Shown piece by piece: positions 1 to 15,000 of a stretch of DNA of 44,030 bases. Location: IMG/VR virus record IMGVR_UViG_3300018915_000002, one strand, 5' to 3'. Below the pieces are notes generated by a model. The model made no database searches, was not told the origin of the DNA, and saw only the letters and a list, made by a program, of their open reading frames with translations. The position numbers and the translations under genes are program-made. The stretch's first letter is position 1, and each line of letters starts with the position of its first letter. This stretch comes from a virus.

Positions 1-3000
1 GCAGAAGTTAATCAAATCTTAAAGAATAAGTCAGCCTTGGATATTACAACTGGGGCTGCAACTCAGTTGAATATTACATTGGGTTCAATTTACAAGAAAA
101 GTTTACCGCAGTATGCTGGAGGCGTTGTAGAGGTCAATGCACGGGCAGCGAGTGCCATCAATGACCTGACTGACCGACTGGAAGACGTAAGGATTTCAGC
201 CGAAGATGTCATTCCAGTAATGAATGTTGTGATGAATACAATCGGGGACGCAGCGAACTTCCCGGTTGACCAAATTGCGGCATTCTCAGCAGCCGTTTCC
301 GCCTTAGGCACGATTGAACCGGAGGCAGCAGGTTCCTTCTTCAACCGTTTTAGTGCAGCGGTTTCTAAGGGTCCTGGTGCTTACGTTGACAATCTAGGAT
401 ACGGCACACTTGATGCATTCAATGAGGCAATCAATACAGACAAACTTGGGGTTGTTATTCGGATTGCCGAGACTTATAAATCAATCAATGGGGAACTTGA
501 GAGAGGAAAATTCCTAGGAAAAGGAGGCTTGGGACTAGGTTCCGCTCAAGACCAAAAGCTCATTCAAGGTCTTGCAAACAATATAGAAGTACTCAACAAA
601 GCACGAGGTGTTGCCCGCCAAGGTTTCTACGGAGAGGCAGGAGAAGATCTCTCGGTGCAAGCGGAATTCAGCCGAGTAATGCAAACGTCATCGTTCCAAG
701 CAGAGCGATTCACAAGGGCAACCGAGGCGCTGAAGCACACGCTGGGACTCGCAATACAAGAGGCCCTTACGCCAGTAATGGAGATATTGTCGAATATCGT
801 CCAAATGGTATTGACTCTAACCCAGAAGTTCCCTGGCATAACTAAGGCGATCGCTCTAACGGCTGTAGCACTAGGGGGACTCGCAACCGCAGCAGGAACA
901 GCAGGGGTAGTTCTCTTTGGACTAGAGCAGGCAGGAGCCGTTGCCTCAGTGGCAATGATTTCCATGCAGCGTTCTATGTTGCCTTTGACAGGCTTCTTCG
1001 CCACGGCTCAGACGGCACTGGCTGCGACAAATCCCCTAGAAACATTCTTCCGCAGTAATACGAAGCTAGCGGCTGATTTCGGACGAGCAGCAACAGGTAA
1101 CTTTGAGGAAACGACAACAGGATTACAGATATTGGGACGGCAGGCAATCAATACCGGACGCGCCGTATTTGCCTTTTCCCGCTCACTGCTCCTTTCTCCC
1201 TTTGGAGTTGCGATTGGTAGCTTTATTCTGCTCAATACCTTGGTTGAGCAAGTTGTACCAGGACTTAATTTATTTGGTGTAGTTTTAGGTGCAATTGCCG
1301 CTCCCTTTGGTTTTATCTGGGGTGTCATCAAGGGAATAACAGAGTCATTTTTATCGTTTTTAGGACTAACTGGTTCTGGGGCAATGAGTGCTATTGCCCC
1401 CATGTTCCAAACGATTAGTAATGCCATTTCGATGGCGGCGCAGTCGTTTACCTTATTTGCCTCTTCTGGGGAAAGGGTAGGACGCGCTCTGGGGAATGCA
1501 ATCCTTTTCCCATTTGAATTTGCCGCACGAAAGATTGTCTCTGTCTGGAATGCCACCCTTGGCGCAATTCGCAACCTCTTGCGTCCGTTCGCTGATTTTG
1601 TTCAGCGAGTTGGACAGATGTTGATTGGATTCCTTGCCGAAGCGTCTCCGGGTCCCACTTACTGGATTCGTCGGAAGTGGGTGGCAACGGTACAGTTCTT
1701 GCAGGGATTGTTTCAGCCCTTGCTTAATGTAGCTACATTTGTCGGATCTGCATTAAACAGCGCCCTATCTCCAGTTACTAGACTGTTCGCTAAACGCACC
1801 TTAGATATTGGAGTTCAGGAAAACAAATTACAAGAAGACGAAGTGGGTGACTTATTGGAGTCACTCATTGCCAAGAAGCTTGGCGCACAATCTATTGCTG
1901 ATCCAGCGGTATCTAAGCAAATTATCGGAACTTTAAGACAGGTAGACTTCTCTGACTCCAATAAGGAGATAGTCGCCCAAATCACTAAAGCGGCTCAAGA
2001 TATCAGCCTAGGTAAGGTGAAGTCTGCGGGAGTTGATTCATTCATAAGCCCATTCACCCTTCGGTTTGCTGATATCAAAAGCAACTGGGGGATGACGAGC
2101 GAGTCAATCACTCAAGGTATTCGCTCTCTTGTTGGTGTCGCCCAAGTAGAAGGGCATTCTCTTCAGTCAGCCCTATCCGAAGCGTCTCCGGGTCCCACTT
2201 ACTGGATTCGCCAGAAGTGGAGCATGACGGTGCAGTTCCTGCAAGGGCTGTTTGTTCGTCTCGGTCAAATGGCGGGAACCGTCAAGAACTCCTTGGTTTC
2301 TATGGCACCTGCGATCGCACAGGCTTTGCCAACGGTAGTTCAACTTGGGGCACTTGCCGCTCGTTTCGCAGGGTTAATTAACCCGATGGCACTACTTGCC
2401 ATATCAACAAGTGTCTTCCTGTTCAAAGGAATACTAAAGGCTGTTAATGGATCGGTTGAGGAAGCAATCCCCACTATCGCTAATACATTGACGATAGGAC
2501 TTGCCGCCATCGCTGGAAGAGCATGGGCTTACGGGATTATTACTCCGATACAGGGGATGGCGGCAATCGGTGGTGGAATCATTGGCAACCTCCTTGCCAA
2601 GGGAATCATTCAACACTTTGATCAAATAAAAAGCACACTTCAAAACGTTATTTATGCGGTTAGAGAGGCAGCCGTTTACATAAAAGGGCAGATTTCAAGC
2701 CTGTTTACGGCTGTCCTGCCCCAACTCCCCAATGCAGTTTCCATTGCGACGGTACTGGCAGAATTGTCAGGCATCATCAATCCCATTCAAGGACTCGCGA
2801 TCGCCATCGGGAACACGATTTTTGGTGGCATTGTTGAATCGATGGGCAAATCCTTGGATGAAGTGATTCCTATATTCATCCGACGCTTTTCCCTGATCGC
2901 CGCATTTGGGGGATTTCTTGCTCAAAGATTGAATTTTATCCAGCCGTTGCAAGCTCGAATTATTGCAGGAATTGCAGTAATGACGGGGCTTTCAACACTT

Positions 3001-6000
3001 TATTTTAAGTCGTTTAGTATTGATGTCACAAATATCTGGCATTCCACGATTCAAGCTATCCAAGGGGACTTACAGGCACTCGCGGGGATTGCTAAGAACA
3101 TAGGATTACTGCTAATCAGCTTCCTTGCTGAAGCGTCTCCGGGTCCCACTTACTGGATTCGAGAGAAGTGGGGGATGACGATAGAGTTCCTCCAGGGTTT
3201 ATTTAGAAGAATTGCGGCGGCTGCCAGTGTGGTCAACCAAGCCTTCCTCAGCATAGGGGATGTTACGGCCGACCAAAGAATGGTGGCGAGGCAGGCGATT
3301 TTTGAAGGGATCATTCTAACCCTAGTTTCTGGAATTAAGTCGCTATTCTACGTCGGACGGGCGCTGACGTGGGTTTATGACAATCTTCAGCGAGTCGTCA
3401 ATAATGCGATCGCCAACTTTGACTTACTCGGCTTTTCTCTCCTGACCGTTGCCTCACTCCCCGCAACAATGGTTCCTCTGCTCCGAGAAGGCTTTGAACA
3501 AGTTATTCCTGAGTTGGCACTTCTCGCGGAGCATGGCATACCGAGAGCAATTGTATTTGGACTCCCCGGTGCGATCGCGATTGCGATGAGTTCTGGGCTT
3601 GTCAAGGGCTTTGAGCAGGGCTTTGCCAATTACGTGGCAGGGATGCCAGCGCGATCTGCTGCTTTCTCTCATGCTGTCTACGGAATGTTCAACCAAGGGT
3701 TGAAGAGTGCTGTAAACCAAGGGCTATCAGAGGGCGTGACCGCGTTTGTTCGCGCTCTACCGGATGAATTGGGAGGTCGAAGTGATTTTACGTTCAATTT
3801 TGATTTTGATGCCGCTTATGCCGCTTATGAAGAACAGCGGAACGCGAGAACACTTGCCCTAGTTAGCTATCTCCAACAGGTAGGAACTGTCGCCAATGAG
3901 GTGGGGGCGCAACTACAGGCAGCATTTGCCCCTATCTTGTCATTCCAGTTTGGTGGTGTTCCGGTCATCCCCTTCTTTAGTGTCATTATCCCGTTCAGGA
4001 ATGCACTTCTAGAACTTGCCACATCACCTGCAATACAGGGGTTCATCCTCTTCTTGAGTGGAACAGTTCTTCCAACGGTTGCAAGAACACTGGCTGCGAT
4101 CGCGACAACCATTGGATTCATCTTTAATACTTTTGTTACGCTACCAGTTGCGGCGGCGATCAATGTATTGACGAGAGAGGCTGTCGCAGCAACACGGGCG
4201 GTTATCCAAGCAGGACTTACCTTTGTCACCGCTATTCCTGCCCTCGTAGGGCAAGCTGTGGTGATGCTTGCCGCGAAAGTGGTGGAGATGATTGCTACTA
4301 CCCTTGCTCGAATTCCCTATATCGGGCAAGCGGTCTCCCAAGCATTCTTGAGTTCCATTAGCTTTCTCGTTGCCACCTCTCAGGTTTACTTCCAGCTACT
4401 AACTCGCTCATTCCAGCGGTTCACAACTCAAATCTGGACGCTACTGGGTCCTACTTATCAACGATTAGCGACTGAGATATTTCAAGGGATTGTTTACGGG
4501 TTCCAGCAGGGTGTCAGACCCGCTGCCGCTATCGTTGGTCGATTGGTCGCTGGGATATTTGACCCTCGCACAATCGGACGGTTCCTGAGTCTCTACATCA
4601 GAACAGGTGGATTCCGCCAGATCTTTAAGCCTGGATTATTTGCAATTAACCCAATTGACATTTTCTTTGGTGGGATTCCGGGGATATCCAAGTCCATGAG
4701 ATGGTTGGCATTAGCTTTGTTCCGTATCCAATTCCCTGTGGATGTCATTTCCAAGAAGACGGAAGAAGTTGTTCAGATATTTGCGCTTCAGTCAGATCGG
4801 ATACAAGCGGAACTGATGTCTAAAAGGTTGGATAGGACGATCTTAGTGCCGCTAGAAACCATCATCAAGTCACAACCTGCAATTGGGCGCTTCTTCTTAG
4901 AGGTGTACCGAGGAATATTGCTAATCAACCCCCTTTCCCAAATCCTAGGCAGGATAGCGCTGACTACCTTGTTCTGGTACTCCGTCCTCAAGCCGATTAC
5001 CCCAGAGATGTTCCGGGCAATTGAAGCAACTGAGTTTTTGGGTGTATCCCTTGCTCCTGTTGCGAATATCCTGCGAGGTATGCGTTTTGTGTTCGTGGAT
5101 TTGGGCGAAGGGTTCTTGAAGTTCGTTAAATCGATTCCACCTTTTATCCGTGCCACTCAGCGATTATTCAATTTACTAGGAACAATTACAGGCGTTATTG
5201 TCCATGAAGCCGTCGGCATTACCAGCATCCTGCTCAACATCTTTAAAGCGACGTTCGGTAACCTACTGATTGTTGCTTCCATCGGGTTCGCCGGACTTTT
5301 GGATCTTGCCCTGATCAACCTCCGGAATTGGGCAAGCTTCCTGCGCCTGAAAACCCAGCAGTATGGGGATGCAATTGTTGCTGCACTTCACGGACACTTT
5401 GGTCCATTGGTTCACCAAATATTTAGTGACATCGCCCAAGGAGTGACGATTGTATTCCAACGGACTGTAGGTGCAGCAGCAAGAGCGATCGCATCAGTTG
5501 CGGTTAATACTTTCCGATTACTGAGTGCAATTGGGGAAGAAACCATTCGGTTTATACGTGACCCATACAACGAAAGCATCCGACTTGCAGGATTATTCCA
5601 AGCTTGGGTCAATGACACATTTGGTGGTATCGCCCAAACCATTAACACCTACATTCGACAACTACAGCTAGATAGATTAGCCCGATTCCTCGGAAACTAC
5701 TGGATTCAACTAGCTGCGATCGCAGATGTTCTACTGCTCGTCACAGGTGTCCTCAATCCTCTCCAATTCGTGATTAGCGCATTAATTGGACTAGGGTTGT
5801 TCCTGGTTAACGAGTACCGCACGGGATTCCAGACCCTGGATGCATTAATCGCGGGACTCGCCAACCCCATTGAATTCGTGACTAACGCCATTAATACGAT
5901 GATCGGGGCGTTAGGAGTCTACATCCCACCAGAACTTACTGAATTTATTGGAGGGGTCACAGAGCAGTTTGTTAAATCTCTCCCCATCATCGCTGGGGGA

Positions 6001-9000
6001 GTCTTCCTGCTTGCCCTCCTCATCCGCAGAAACATTGGACAGGCATTCCAGGATGTCGTCGGTGGGGTGATGAAGATTGTCGGTGGGGTGATGCAAGCTG
6101 TAGACGCGACACGGATCTTTGGTGGAGTAATTCGTGATACGGCATCTAGCGCCCAAGTACAAACCCAAGTGGGTGCTCAAGTTCACCAAGTTCGCCGCAA
6201 AGAATCAGTCCTTGGTATCCGTAACCCCTTTGCTTATTCCCAGAACGAAGATCAGCAGAGACGTGCGACGATGCTTGGGGATGAACGAGTGTCCAAAAGC
6301 AGGGCTGCTTTGCGATATCAAGACGAGATCAATAAGAGCCTGGAGAAAATCACTAAGGAAGAAGAGGCGGAGGTTAAACGGTTGGCGCGATCGCGTAATG
6401 CTCGTGACCAAATCATGGCTTTTGGTGGAAAACTTCAGCGCCCTGATGGGTTCTCGTATGACGTAGCTCCTTTACTTGAGAAGAAGAAGGGGTTGTTTGG
6501 TTTAGAGCGCTTGGAACTGAGTGAAACAGGTCGGGCTAGGGTTGCTGAGGAAGCGAGAAGAAAGATTACATCCCAAGATTCTGACATTGCCAAGCAAACT
6601 CGAATGAGAGCCGCAATGGACTCTGGCTTAGCTACTAGCTTTGTCAAGCATGGTGGAACAATTCCTCCGGATGAAGTCCTCAGGACGCTGGCACAACAAG
6701 GGGATTATGGGGTCACCAACCTCTTGGGTGCCTTTCAAAAAGCAATGGAAAATCTTCATGTTCAGGATTTTCAAGTTGATAAGCTATACGTCGCGGAATT
6801 TTCTCGCCCCAGAAACTTCCCAACTCAAACACCATACAGCCCAGCCGCTTTTGACAACCAGCTAAATAAATTTCAGTCTGACCCTAAATACCAAAAGGAG
6901 GAAGTTATCAAGAAAGGGGTATCCTCCCGTGGGCTTGAAAATCTTTTCTCTAAAGAACTCGCAGCCGCTCACACTCAAATGAAGTCAGCAGCTTATTTTG
7001 CCACTGACTTAACAGCAAGTCTCACCAATGCTTTTAGCGACCTGCCAATTGCCTCCGACAAAGAGATGTCAGAGTACGCCAAGAGACTCGCTGGCAAGAT
7101 GAATAAAAATGAGGAATTTGTAAAAGAACAGAACATAATAATCAACGAATTAATACAAAAACAATTCAAGCAAATTGTCAAGGCTGTTCCTGACTTCAGC
7201 AAAATGGAGGAATCTAACTTGGCTGCACTTAAGGAAGTTCAGCGCAATGTTGAAGGATTTCATCCCGTCGCCACGAATACTGATGTCCTGACCCAAGCTG
7301 TTCGTAATGTGGCAGGGCAAACGCAGTCTGAGGTGGATCAACTAAATAAGACAAGACGCTCTTTCTTTAGTTCACTATTTGGCTTTACCGGAATTCCCCA
7401 ACTCATTGAAAACTTCCAGTACAACCGACGCTTATTCCGTCGTAGCCAACGGATAGCGCGTCGGGTGGAAGAGATGGCAACAGAGGAAAATAAAGAGAGA
7501 GGAGCTACGGCTTCGGCGCGTCAACGTGGACTAGAGGCGTTAATGTCCAATGCTGGATATAGATTCCCAGATCAATCAGTCCAGTTCTATGCTGCTAAGC
7601 AAATTAATGCCCAAGAGCAAGCATTTATTGAATCTTGGATTAAAAATCGCAACTTCAAAGTTGATGTCACTCAACACGAAGCATTCCGTCCGCAAGTGGA
7701 CAAAATACTTGCTAACTTCAAACAACTTTCAACTAATTTAACCCTTAATACTATTGATGATGTTAAAAAGTTCCGACAGACACTTGATGAGGTATCTACA
7801 CAATTAACGAAAGAAGAACAAGCGTCTTTTAAAAAATTGGAACAGTACCTTCTTCATGGAGCATCTGATAAACCGAAGGGTAGTCAAGTATCTTTTAGTG
7901 AACGAGATGATATCTTAGGCGCAATCAATAAAAGCATTGCCAATAACTTAAAAGCCTTTGGCATAACAGGGCAACACAAGGATATCTCCAAGGCTAATTT
8001 TAAAGATCTGCGTGACAAGTATGATGACACGGTTAATCGCCTCACGTCGCGCTTTGTTGGCACTGGGGAATTTATTGCCCAGATTGGGGGTAAGAACGAA
8101 TACATAGAAGGGGCATACAAGGAGCTAGAGAAAAAACTAGGGCTAGGTACGGCAACTGGAGCGTCGTTACGTCAAATCCAGAACATCAAGCTCAAAAACT
8201 CTATTCGTCAGATAGGAGTTAACTTTGGGATATTTGTCGAAGACACCGAAGATCGAGTCACGGAGTTCCGTGACGGGATTTACAAGAAACTTGACAAATT
8301 CCAGGATCGACTAGAAGCTACCCTTCCCTTCCCTAGCTTGGCTCCTCGAATCACCGATCTCCTTCGTCGTCCATTTGAGATGATCTCGAACAATATAGAG
8401 ACTATCTACGCTGCACAGAAGGCAAATATTCAAAATACGGTAAAACAACTTAGATCTGACTTCGTTGGCTCCAACCTTATCAGTCGCATTGACCGCCTTA
8501 ATAAACAGTATAGGGAGGCGAGGGAGGCTTCCTTACAAACTATCTTGCAGTCCTCTAAAGATGAGCGCATCGCTAATTTAGCGCGTCGTGGAGCAGCGAC
8601 TGGGCAGCTAGGGCGAGTCTGGGAAAAACTGAACAAACAGCAATTTACTGACGCTCAATCTGGTCAGACGGTAACAACGCTAATGCGTGGCGCAATGAGC
8701 AAAGAAGCTGTCAGCGCCATGCTAGGGCAAGAGTTGCGACGACAGGGACTCTCAAGAGAACAAGTCTCAACCGAAATTGATAAAGTTCTTAGCCAGTTTG
8801 GGAATCAAACGAGGTATTCAGTCGGTGACATCCTGAAGATGCGGGGACTTGATGTAACTAAGGTATCTAAAGCCCTTGAATCTACTCTCTCCTTACAAGC
8901 CAGTGAAGTTGAGAAAATCATTAAAAATCCCAACTATACGGCTCGCGCTATTGCACCCTTCCAGTGGTTCCTTGTTCGGGATATGCCGGGAATCATTAAA

Positions 9001-12000
9001 GATGCCGCTAAGGGATTTGTTGGCACGATCAATAAAATCGGTGGAGGCGCGATCGCAAAGCTTGCGGGTATCGTTGCGAAAGATATTGCCGTTGGATTCA
9101 AAGGCGAATTCCTCAATACCCTAGCCAAATCGATAAGAACCCTTTCAAATCGCCTTGGAATAGGGGCGAACAATCTCGCATTGGGCATGGAACGGATTGT
9201 TGGGAAAAACCCCTTTAGTGATGCTGTCCGTGGGTTCTCTGACTTTTTAAGGGCAAGAGGGAAGGCGACAGCCGACTTCCTCAAAGCCCAAGCACTTGTT
9301 CCGGATGATACGAGATCGCTTACTAAACTCATCAAAAATCGCACGATTGAGTTATTCAAGGTAATCGGCTCTACCATCCAATCCGCCCAAGCCGCAATCC
9401 AAGCTCAAGGGGGAGGGGTATTTGGGGCTATTCGAGCGCTATTTAGTGGACTTAAAGGCTTCTTTGGAAAACTCTTCAACCGCTCCTCAAACTCTCAAAT
9501 CGCTCAACTCGACAACCAAATTCAACAACAACGCGATCGCGCCGCTAGGGCGAGGGAACGACAGGGACGGGCACAGTCCTTGACTGATAATCGAGTCGAT
9601 CTTTGGGTAAGAGAAGCAGGTCAAAAAACGGCACAACGCCAGTACGATATAGCACGTCAAGCCGATGCTCAAGCGGCTCGATTGCAGCGACAACGATCCT
9701 TAACTGAAAAATTTTCAAATCCACGTTACTCTCCCGCAGGAGGCGATGCGGCGAGGATCGCGGGTAGCTTGATGGGACGCATCGGCAAAACCTATGAAGA
9801 AACAGCGACTAAATTAGGGCAGCGCATCACAGAACTCCGTGATCAAAGAACTGGAGTTCGCTCTCAACGACAAGGAGAGACGCTTGCGGGAGAGCAAATG
9901 TATACACCAAAATCTAGTGGTGGATGGCTGCCCCGTAATTTACGCCTAGATGACGGAGTTGTTTCTTCTACCGAATACATCCAATCCTTAACTACCAAGG
10001 CTTTTACCAAGCTAACTGAATCAGCTCACAGTACAACTTTAAAACTCAGTAACTATTTTAAAAATTCAGCCCTACGCTCAGAGACTGCATGGGAAGAAAG
10101 CGCCAACCACATCACCGGGAAATCGTGGTGGGCAATGACCAAACGCGCAGTCTGGACTGGAGTGAAGATTGTAACAAACCTCAATCATGGTGCCGCTGAC
10201 GTGACGGCAGCAGCTTGGGAACGTTCCCAGCAATCTGTCTCCCAAGACATGCATCAGATGGCACAAACTGCCCAACAGACAGGGCAGCAGATTAGCCAGA
10301 GCATGGGGCAAGCGGCACAAAAGTCCACAGGCTTCCTCTCCCACATAGGAAACAGTATAGGTCGAGTTGGCAAAGCGGGGATGGCGATTGGAGCAAGTGT
10401 TACCGCAGTCGGGTTCGGGGCGCAGACCGCGATGTACTCACTCTCCACTATGGGGCTAATTAGCGAAGAGACATCCCAGCAACTTAATAAATTCTTTGAA
10501 ATCTTCACGCTTATTGGTGCTGTTGGAGGTATCGCCACCCCAATCATTACCGCACTCGCCACCTCCTTCGGTGCCATTGGTTCCCTTGCTCTTGCTGCTA
10601 CAACAGGAGTCGCGGCAATCGGAGGTGCGATCGCGCCTCTCATTGGACTAGGAAGTGTAGCATTTGCCCCTTTCCTAGTGGGCATTGCAGCCGTTGCAGC
10701 AGCGATGGCAGGGTTGTACTTCGCTGTTCGGACTAACTTCCTCGGAATTGGTACGGTAGTCCGAGGAATAGGTAGCTTAATTAGTAACGCATTATCTGTT
10801 CCCATCGGCTTTATCGAATCAGCATGGCAGGGATTTGTAGATAGATTTGGCTCTAAATTGATGCCAATTATTCAACCTGCACTAGATATTGCTCAAGGAT
10901 TAATCAATGCTCTTAATCACAATCCCACCGAAAAGATTCCAGCCGCGTGGGATATTGCTGGAGAAAGAATCAAAGGTGTTCTTGATAGTATCTTAGGGGC
11001 AGGACAGGCTGTTGGCAATGGGTTGGTGAGTTTCTTTACACCAATTGTTTCGCTATTCAATCCTTTAACAAGTCTGTTTAAAAAGAAAGACAAACAGCAA
11101 CCAATAAGTACACTTCCAGAAGTAGAGACTACTCAAGAAAGTCCTGAAAAGGGTGTACTGGGTTCCATCATGGCAGCGATAAAAAGCCTTGTAATGTTGC
11201 CTGTTAATTTAATCAAAGGATTAGCAGACTGGGTGGCAAGTGTTATCACTGGCGTAATCAAAGGGGTTATTACTGCGATAACGGGACCATTGCAGTGGGC
11301 GGCTGAGGCTTTGCGACCACTGCAAATGCCGATCGGACAAATTGAATTGTTCTTCAAGAACCTGGTCAGCATTATCCAGTCGGTTATTTACCTCAATGGT
11401 GTAATGCGCCCTCTAGCGGCCAATGCCATTAGCGTCAATGCCACGATTAATGCGATCGCTCAGTTCTTCTATAGCCTGCGATCACTTATTCAGTCCGTTG
11501 AGTTCCTCTACTACCACGTCTTCAACCGTAAAGCCTTGGTGCAGGGGATGGGACAGGGAGAGGATGCGGTTGATCCAAGTAAGGGACCAACCAACCGTCG
11601 CACTGGAAATAAGTTAAGTGGGGGGTATGTTGAGACGGGTGGAAAGGCGATTCAAGACCTGTCACTAGGTGAAGCCGCGAAAGAATCGGTGGGCTTATTC
11701 AAGAACATCATGAGCATCAAGGAGAATACTGGTGCTGTCTTTGGTGGTTTTAAGACTGGATTAAATTGGGTAGGGAGTGCATGGCAGAACACTTCGAGGA
11801 TGATTAGAGGGGAAACCGGGACTCTTGTTGCCGACGCTGAAGTACAAGGCTACAACTTACAGAAAAATCTCTCCGAAGGTTCTCCGGGTCCAACATTCTG
11901 GATTCGCCAAAATTGGGAAAAGACAACCAAAGCCTTACAGGGGTGGATGGGTGACTTGTCTGGGAAGTCGAAAGAGGCGGGACAAGATATTGCGGCTAAT

Positions 12001-15000
12001 CTAACGCCTGACCCCGTTACACCTACCCCGACAATTTCCCCCGTCGTTGACTCCCCACGTCAAGCAACAGGATTCACCGCCCTAAGGGCGAATGCGATCG
12101 CAGCGGTTAATGCCATCACAGATGAAGTTAGGGCAAGCTACCAGGTATTGCAAAGTAGTGGGATTGGGAATATCGGGGCGCTTATCATCCCCGGCTTATC
12201 CCAGACCGGAAGAAGCGTAAGGATATTGAGCGGAGATTTCTGGGATTTCGGCAAACGTGCCGTCGTTGCTCTTGCGACATTGAATTTCGGTGAACTTTCA
12301 GGGGCAGTTAAAGATCTTGGAGGGAACTTCGGCTACTTCACGCAAGGAGTCCTTCTAGGCTTCAAGCAGATGATTGGTGGGGCAATTGCCTTTGGGATGT
12401 ACACGGTTGCCAGCATCAGCCCCTTCCTTCTCATCTTGGGAGGGGTTGCCTTTGTCGCCGCTGTGATTCTCGCCAACTTCTTGGGTCTACGAACAATACT
12501 AGGTGGTGCATTCCGAATCGGGATTGGGCTGGGGCAAATCTTGATCAGTGTGATTAGTGGCATCGTCAATATCGGGCGATCGCTCGGAATGGTCATTGGT
12601 GGTGTATTCCTAGCAATGCGAGGTGATTTCAGGCTACTGGATCAAGGGATTGCTCAATTCAAGGCTTCATTCCAGGAGATGGGGCGAGGGGTCTTGAGGG
12701 GATTGAGAACCATCCGATCTAGTATTTCTCAAATACTGCGGGGCATTGAAACAGGAATTACCCAAATCTTCCCAATGTTCCCAGCTTGGGTGAATCAGCT
12801 AAAGGGTGTTGCCCGTGCCTTCCGCAATCCAGAACGAGCAGGAGAAATTGCGGCTGAGATTTTAATTGGGGCATTCAATCGAATCAAGAAGGCAATTGGC
12901 GTAATCCCAATGCTCCTTGGTCGTATCCCAGGATTGTTTAGACGCAATCTTGATACTGCAACAACAACAGTCAACCAGTTCGGGGCAAACATTTGGGATA
13001 CGGTTAATCGGACTTATCGATTCTTCCGTACCCTGACATTCAAAGGGATCGTCAAGCGCTTCACCACGGAATTCCGTGACCTCCCTCAATTCCTCGGTCG
13101 AATCCCAGGACAGTTAGCTACCAAAATTGAAGAGGCGATTCCTGCACTGAAGGCTCCTTTTAATTACCTAAGAGGATTCATTCGTGGGTTTGTCAGACGC
13201 TTAGCCCAAGAGCTACCTCCAAATATCGTCAAAGCCGTATCCACCTCCTTGCAGGCAGGGACAGCGAAAGTCCGCCTAACCCTTGCCACCCTGTCGGGGC
13301 AACTCATTAGTGCTTTCCGAGAGCTTGCGACTCGACTGGGGCTAGAAGAGCGCTTCAACCGAATGATTCAGAAAGTGAGTGATCGCTGGAAGGGCTTTAC
13401 GGCGTGGGTAAAGCAAGGGAATCTATTTAATTGGGTGCCAAGAACTACTCAAGAGGTTTCTGATTTATTTGTTGCGACTATTAACAAAATAGAATCCGCA
13501 TGGAATCGCTTCACTAAATGGCTCGGTGTCACGACACTATTCCCCAGTCTGTTTAATCAGCTAGAGCGAGTAAGTCGTGGATTTTCCGGCTTAATGAAGT
13601 CCTTAGATCGTAAGTGGAGTGAACTGAAGATCAAGTTCGGAGTACCTGTTTTTACAGGGTTCTTTGAAAGCTTGCGTGGACTCGGTACGAAATTTATCGA
13701 CATCATTAGTGACATCGCAGGACATTGGGAGAAGTTTGCTAAACCGTTAAAACTGCCACTTCTACAAAACTTCTTTACCGAAGTCGCTCTCCTTGGCGAA
13801 AAATTTAACCATGTCGTCAGTTTCATCGAGAGGAAATGGAAGGGTTTAGCTACCTTCATCTATACAACCCCACTAATCTCTGGGGTCATGCAAGGGTTGG
13901 AGTATTTAGGAAGTAAGTTCAATGAGTTAATTCTCTTCGTCCAGCTCAAGTGGAAGCCGTTTGTCAAGGCTATATCTTCCGCTCAATTCTTCCCGAATGC
14001 TTTTAAAGAACTGCGGAAGCTGGGAGCCGCAATTCCTGGTTTAAAAACAACAATACAAAACGCATTACAGGACATTCCACAAACAGCCACTCGTGTTTTC
14101 AATAGATTAACTGAGTTAGCAACGGCAGCTATCAATAAAGTTAAAAAGCTATTTTCTAATATCTTTGGAAGGCAAAATGTAGGGGCGATTGAGGGACAAC
14201 CCAACCTCAAATCTCCTTTGGTTGGGGCTGTTGATCACATACAAGAACGATGGGAACGGTTTGCGAAATCGTTTAAGTCCATCCTTGAACCTATTACTGG
14301 ATTTGCTCGTCGGGTTGCCGACAAATTAATCAAGGCATTGAATTGCTCACCGACAGTTGTGATTCCTAATGCTTGGGAAAATGCGGTCAACAATATTACT
14401 TCTACATTACAGCTATTAATTGAACCCTTCCGTCGAGTAGGGAAATTCATTGTAAATACATTTGGCTTTGCCTTTGAGTTTGTAGAGAGTTTATTTAGCT
14501 CTTTTTATAAGGCAATTTCTCCTGGAATCGAGAAGATTTTAGCTTCTATTAAAAGAATCAAGCAGGGAGCAGTCGCCGCCGACGAAATAGGCTCTTTATT
14601 CCAGGGGATATCAGGTTATCTTGAGCGCTTAAAAAATGCCATTAAGCCCGTCACCCAGTTGTTTGACAGATTCTCCAAGAAGATGAACGCTTCGACCGCT
14701 GAAGGTCAGCAAGCTTTAAGCATGGGAGAAGGGCTAGGTCGAGCTTTTGGACAACTCACCATTTTCCTTACAAAGTTCACGCTTCAAGCGATTCCTCCAC
14801 TACTCAAGGTACTAGCAATCATTGTTCGGATAACGGTTGAGATTGCTGTATTTGCTGCCAAAGTTGCTTATGCCTTGCGATTTGTCATTAACTACTTCAC
14901 GCGAGTAGGGTTTTCAGTGGCTGACACGATTGCGAGTATTACTCGTTTTGTTCGTAGTACCAGCAAAGCAACGGATCAAGTTCGAGGTGCATTTAACAAG

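Noticed and set aside
1639-3161. 32-bp identical repeats as a CRISPR array
   Set aside because: Spacing is 540-951 bp, the repeats are in-frame coding sequence, and no cas genes are present.
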